NCBI GenBank assembly: GCA_046759765.1
Contig: JBHICV010000008.1
Location: forward strand, 1-36,270
Length of the DNA: 36,270 nucleotides
Source: Acidimicrobiia bacterium
Lineage (GTDB): Bacteria > Actinomycetota > Acidimicrobiia > Spongiisociales > CAZKJJ01
Reading direction: 5' to 3'
Shown: piece by piece, positions 34,685 through 36,270 of the stretch
Position numbering within the stretch: position 1 is the first letter of the stretch
Layout: every line of letters begins with the position of its first letter
Program-made: the position numbers and the translations under genes
Notes under the pieces: generated by a model
Told to the model about the DNA's origin: nothing
Databases searched by the model: none
What the model saw: only the letters and a program-made list of their open reading frames with translations

Positions 34685-35220
34685 TCAGGCGAGCTTCGTT
34701 GCGAAGCGTTCCATCGTTCGCTGCGTCCGGATCGTCATGCGACCCAGGAGCTTCCCGACCCTGTTCAGGTCAAGATCGGAATCCGACATGTTTCCGGTCG
34801 GTAGCCAATACAGCTCGCGATCGTCGATGGCGAGAAGGTCGGCGGACGTCGCCAGGGCTAACGCAGCGCTGCGGTTCGACTCCGCCGGGCGAGCCGAAAG
34901 AAGGGCGACCTGTAGATTCCCCGTCGAAGCGCCAACTGCGGCGTTCGAAAATGGCTTCTTCGCGGCGATCTCGGCGACCTCGGAGGGGAGCGCGCGAAGG
35001 TCGGCACCCGGTACCGCAGCCTTTCTTCGAGGCCCTGCTCAATCCGGCTCTCCAGCTTGGAAGCGGACATCCGACCGGACTCGAAGAGGATGTTTCCACT
35101 CGCGAGGAATGCAGACACGCGCTCGAAACCCGTCGCCTCGAAGTGGGCGCATAGCTCGTCGTTCTTCACCCGGCGACGCCCGAGGTTGATTCCACGCAAG
35201 AAGGCGACGCACATCGGCAT
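34685..35220 (-). pseudogene. DUF1697 family gene with a 1-nt frameshift
   Basis: N-half VAFLRGINLG...FLASGNILF...VPTFARS; the C-half continues in another frame as EVAEIAAKKPF...RELYWLP...MTIRTQRTMERFATKLA-stop (34685). The shift lies at or near the G4 run 34985-34988. Confidence 0.8.
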
Positions 35221-35275
35221 CGCTCGAGAGTACCGATATCCGAGCGAGGTGATTCTGAGCCCCTGGCGAGCCCAG

Positions 35276-35626
35276 TTAGCGGACGTAGAGCGTGCCGTCG
35301 CGTTCGACGACTGTGCCACGACCCAGCGGCAAGAACCGAGTCAGTGTCTTGTACGCCGTGCCGAGGCCGGGCACCTTGGCGAAGATGCCTCCTGGGCCCT
35401 GCACCATCCGGCCTGTTTCCACATCGTATTTGGAGCCGTGCCAGGGACACACCAGGCAGCCGTTCCTATCCAGGGAGCCGTTGGCAAGGTCAGCAAACAA
35501 GTGACGGCAGCGACGCGTCACCGCAAAGTAGCTACCCCCGACGTTGCCAACCGCGTAGTGACCTGCCCCGGTGACAGTCCCCGGGGGCAGCTCCGCGGCT
35601 GGACAGACTTCAACTTCGGCTGTCAT
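35276..35626 (-). CDS. Rieske [2Fe-2S] ferredoxin-like protein
   Basis: CRH...CPWHG Rieske ligand motifs, followed by GSKYDVETG. Confidence 0.9.
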   Translation of the reverse strand: MTAEVEVCPAAELPPGTVTGAGHYAVGNVGGSYFAVTRRCRHLFADLANGSLDRNGCLVCPWHGSKYDVETGRMVQGPGGIFAKVPGLGTAYKTLTRFLPLGRGTVVERDGTLYVR

Positions 35627-35797
35627 CGCCGATCCAAGAAGACACCCCCAGGTTGGCGGACGTTCGCCGATCCTGTCAAAGGCTCAGCCGCTCACAGACC
35701 AGGCCGACTGATCTCACTAGGGCATATGTACCGATTGGGCGGGTGGCGAGTTTCGGGTGTTTCCTGTCGTGGGTGGATCCCGGCTAGCGAAGGAGAC

Positions 35798-36106
35798 CTA
35801 GGGGAGGTTCTTGGGTTCGATTTCGATGGTGTGAATCGGGCCGGCAAGGACTTGCGCTGCGTGTTCCTCAGCGTCCGACCAGACCGCTTCTCCCGGCCGG
35901 CGGTCAACGATCGACACGTTTCCGGATTGGTCAGTTGACATAATCCGATAGGAGTTGATGGCAACGATGAGACGCGGGGGATGGGAATGCATTGCCACCT
36001 CGGCACCTTGCCGTAATCGAATCTCCAACACGCGTATGTGTTCGTTCTCGAAAGCGACCCGATGACCTTCAGGGTCTACAACCGTGGAATCCGGTGCTTC
36101 ACCCAC
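35798..36106 (-). CDS. Cupin-fold small protein
   Basis: FENEHIRVLE, MHSHP, GEAVW...EEH, IEIE; start uncertain (GTG 36106 chosen). Confidence 0.75.
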   Translation of the reverse strand: MGEAPDSTVVDPEGHRVAFENEHIRVLEIRLRQGAEVAMHSHPPRLIVAINSYRIMSTDQSGNVSIVDRRPGEAVWSDAEEHAAQVLAGPIHTIEIEPKNLP

Positions 36107-36270
36107 CCGTACTGCCAACCTACTCAGCCCAAACCTGCCGCAGCCCCCTCGCCTGCACACACCCCGTCGACATGAGCCGATTTGGGCGGGTGGGTGATCT
36201 GTCACGGTCGTGTCTGTCCTACCGTGTTGTCAATGACTCAGCCGTACGACAAGGCAGGTCTCCTTGGCAT

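Noticed and set aside
36228..36270. Fifth copy of the palindromic repeat (TGTCAAT at 36228)
   Set aside because: No CGATTGAC arm at the expected +30 offset.

Overview
A GC-rich, gene-dense bacterial window. The gene content (WS/DGAT, LytR_C, HisKA_3 kinases, LipJ-like cyclase) and many apparent leaderless TANNNT promoters suggest an actinobacterium, possibly Acidimicrobiia-like (inference). About 42 CDS, left to right: (1) A translationally coupled minus-strand signalling operon: a receiver-HTH-class III nucleotidyl cyclase fusion, a multi-TM GAF/HisKA_3 kinase whose ATP-binding boxes look degenerate, and a paralogous sensor running off the window. (2) A DsrE-family gene interrupted by an in-frame TGA in a UxxC motif followed by a SECIS-like hairpin, i.e. 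a probable selenoprotein missed by the ORF track. (3) LytR_C and AI-2E genes, and a sulfotransferase-like plus class IV aminotransferase pair. (4) A probable 3-hydroxyproline catabolic cluster (split aconitase X, OCD/mu-crystallin reductase, Cys/Thr proline-racemase-family dehydratase) beside a liv-type ABC importer. (5) htrA with an ECF/MprA-like promoter, a variant ureohydrolase, AlaX, CvpA-CAP, MDR oxidoreductase, WS/DGAT, MscS, small proteins, a LipJ-like hydrolase-cyclase and an ABC exporter. (6) A decayed 3' fragment of tRNA-Arg(CCT) (possible att scar), a frameshifted DUF1697 gene, and Rieske and cupin genes. A family of fixed-spacing palindromic repeats (TGTCAAT-N23-CGATTGAC) occurs four times in intergenic regions. 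I saw no CRISPR array, rRNA, intact tRNA, transposase or integrase. All family calls come from motif recognition, not database searches.
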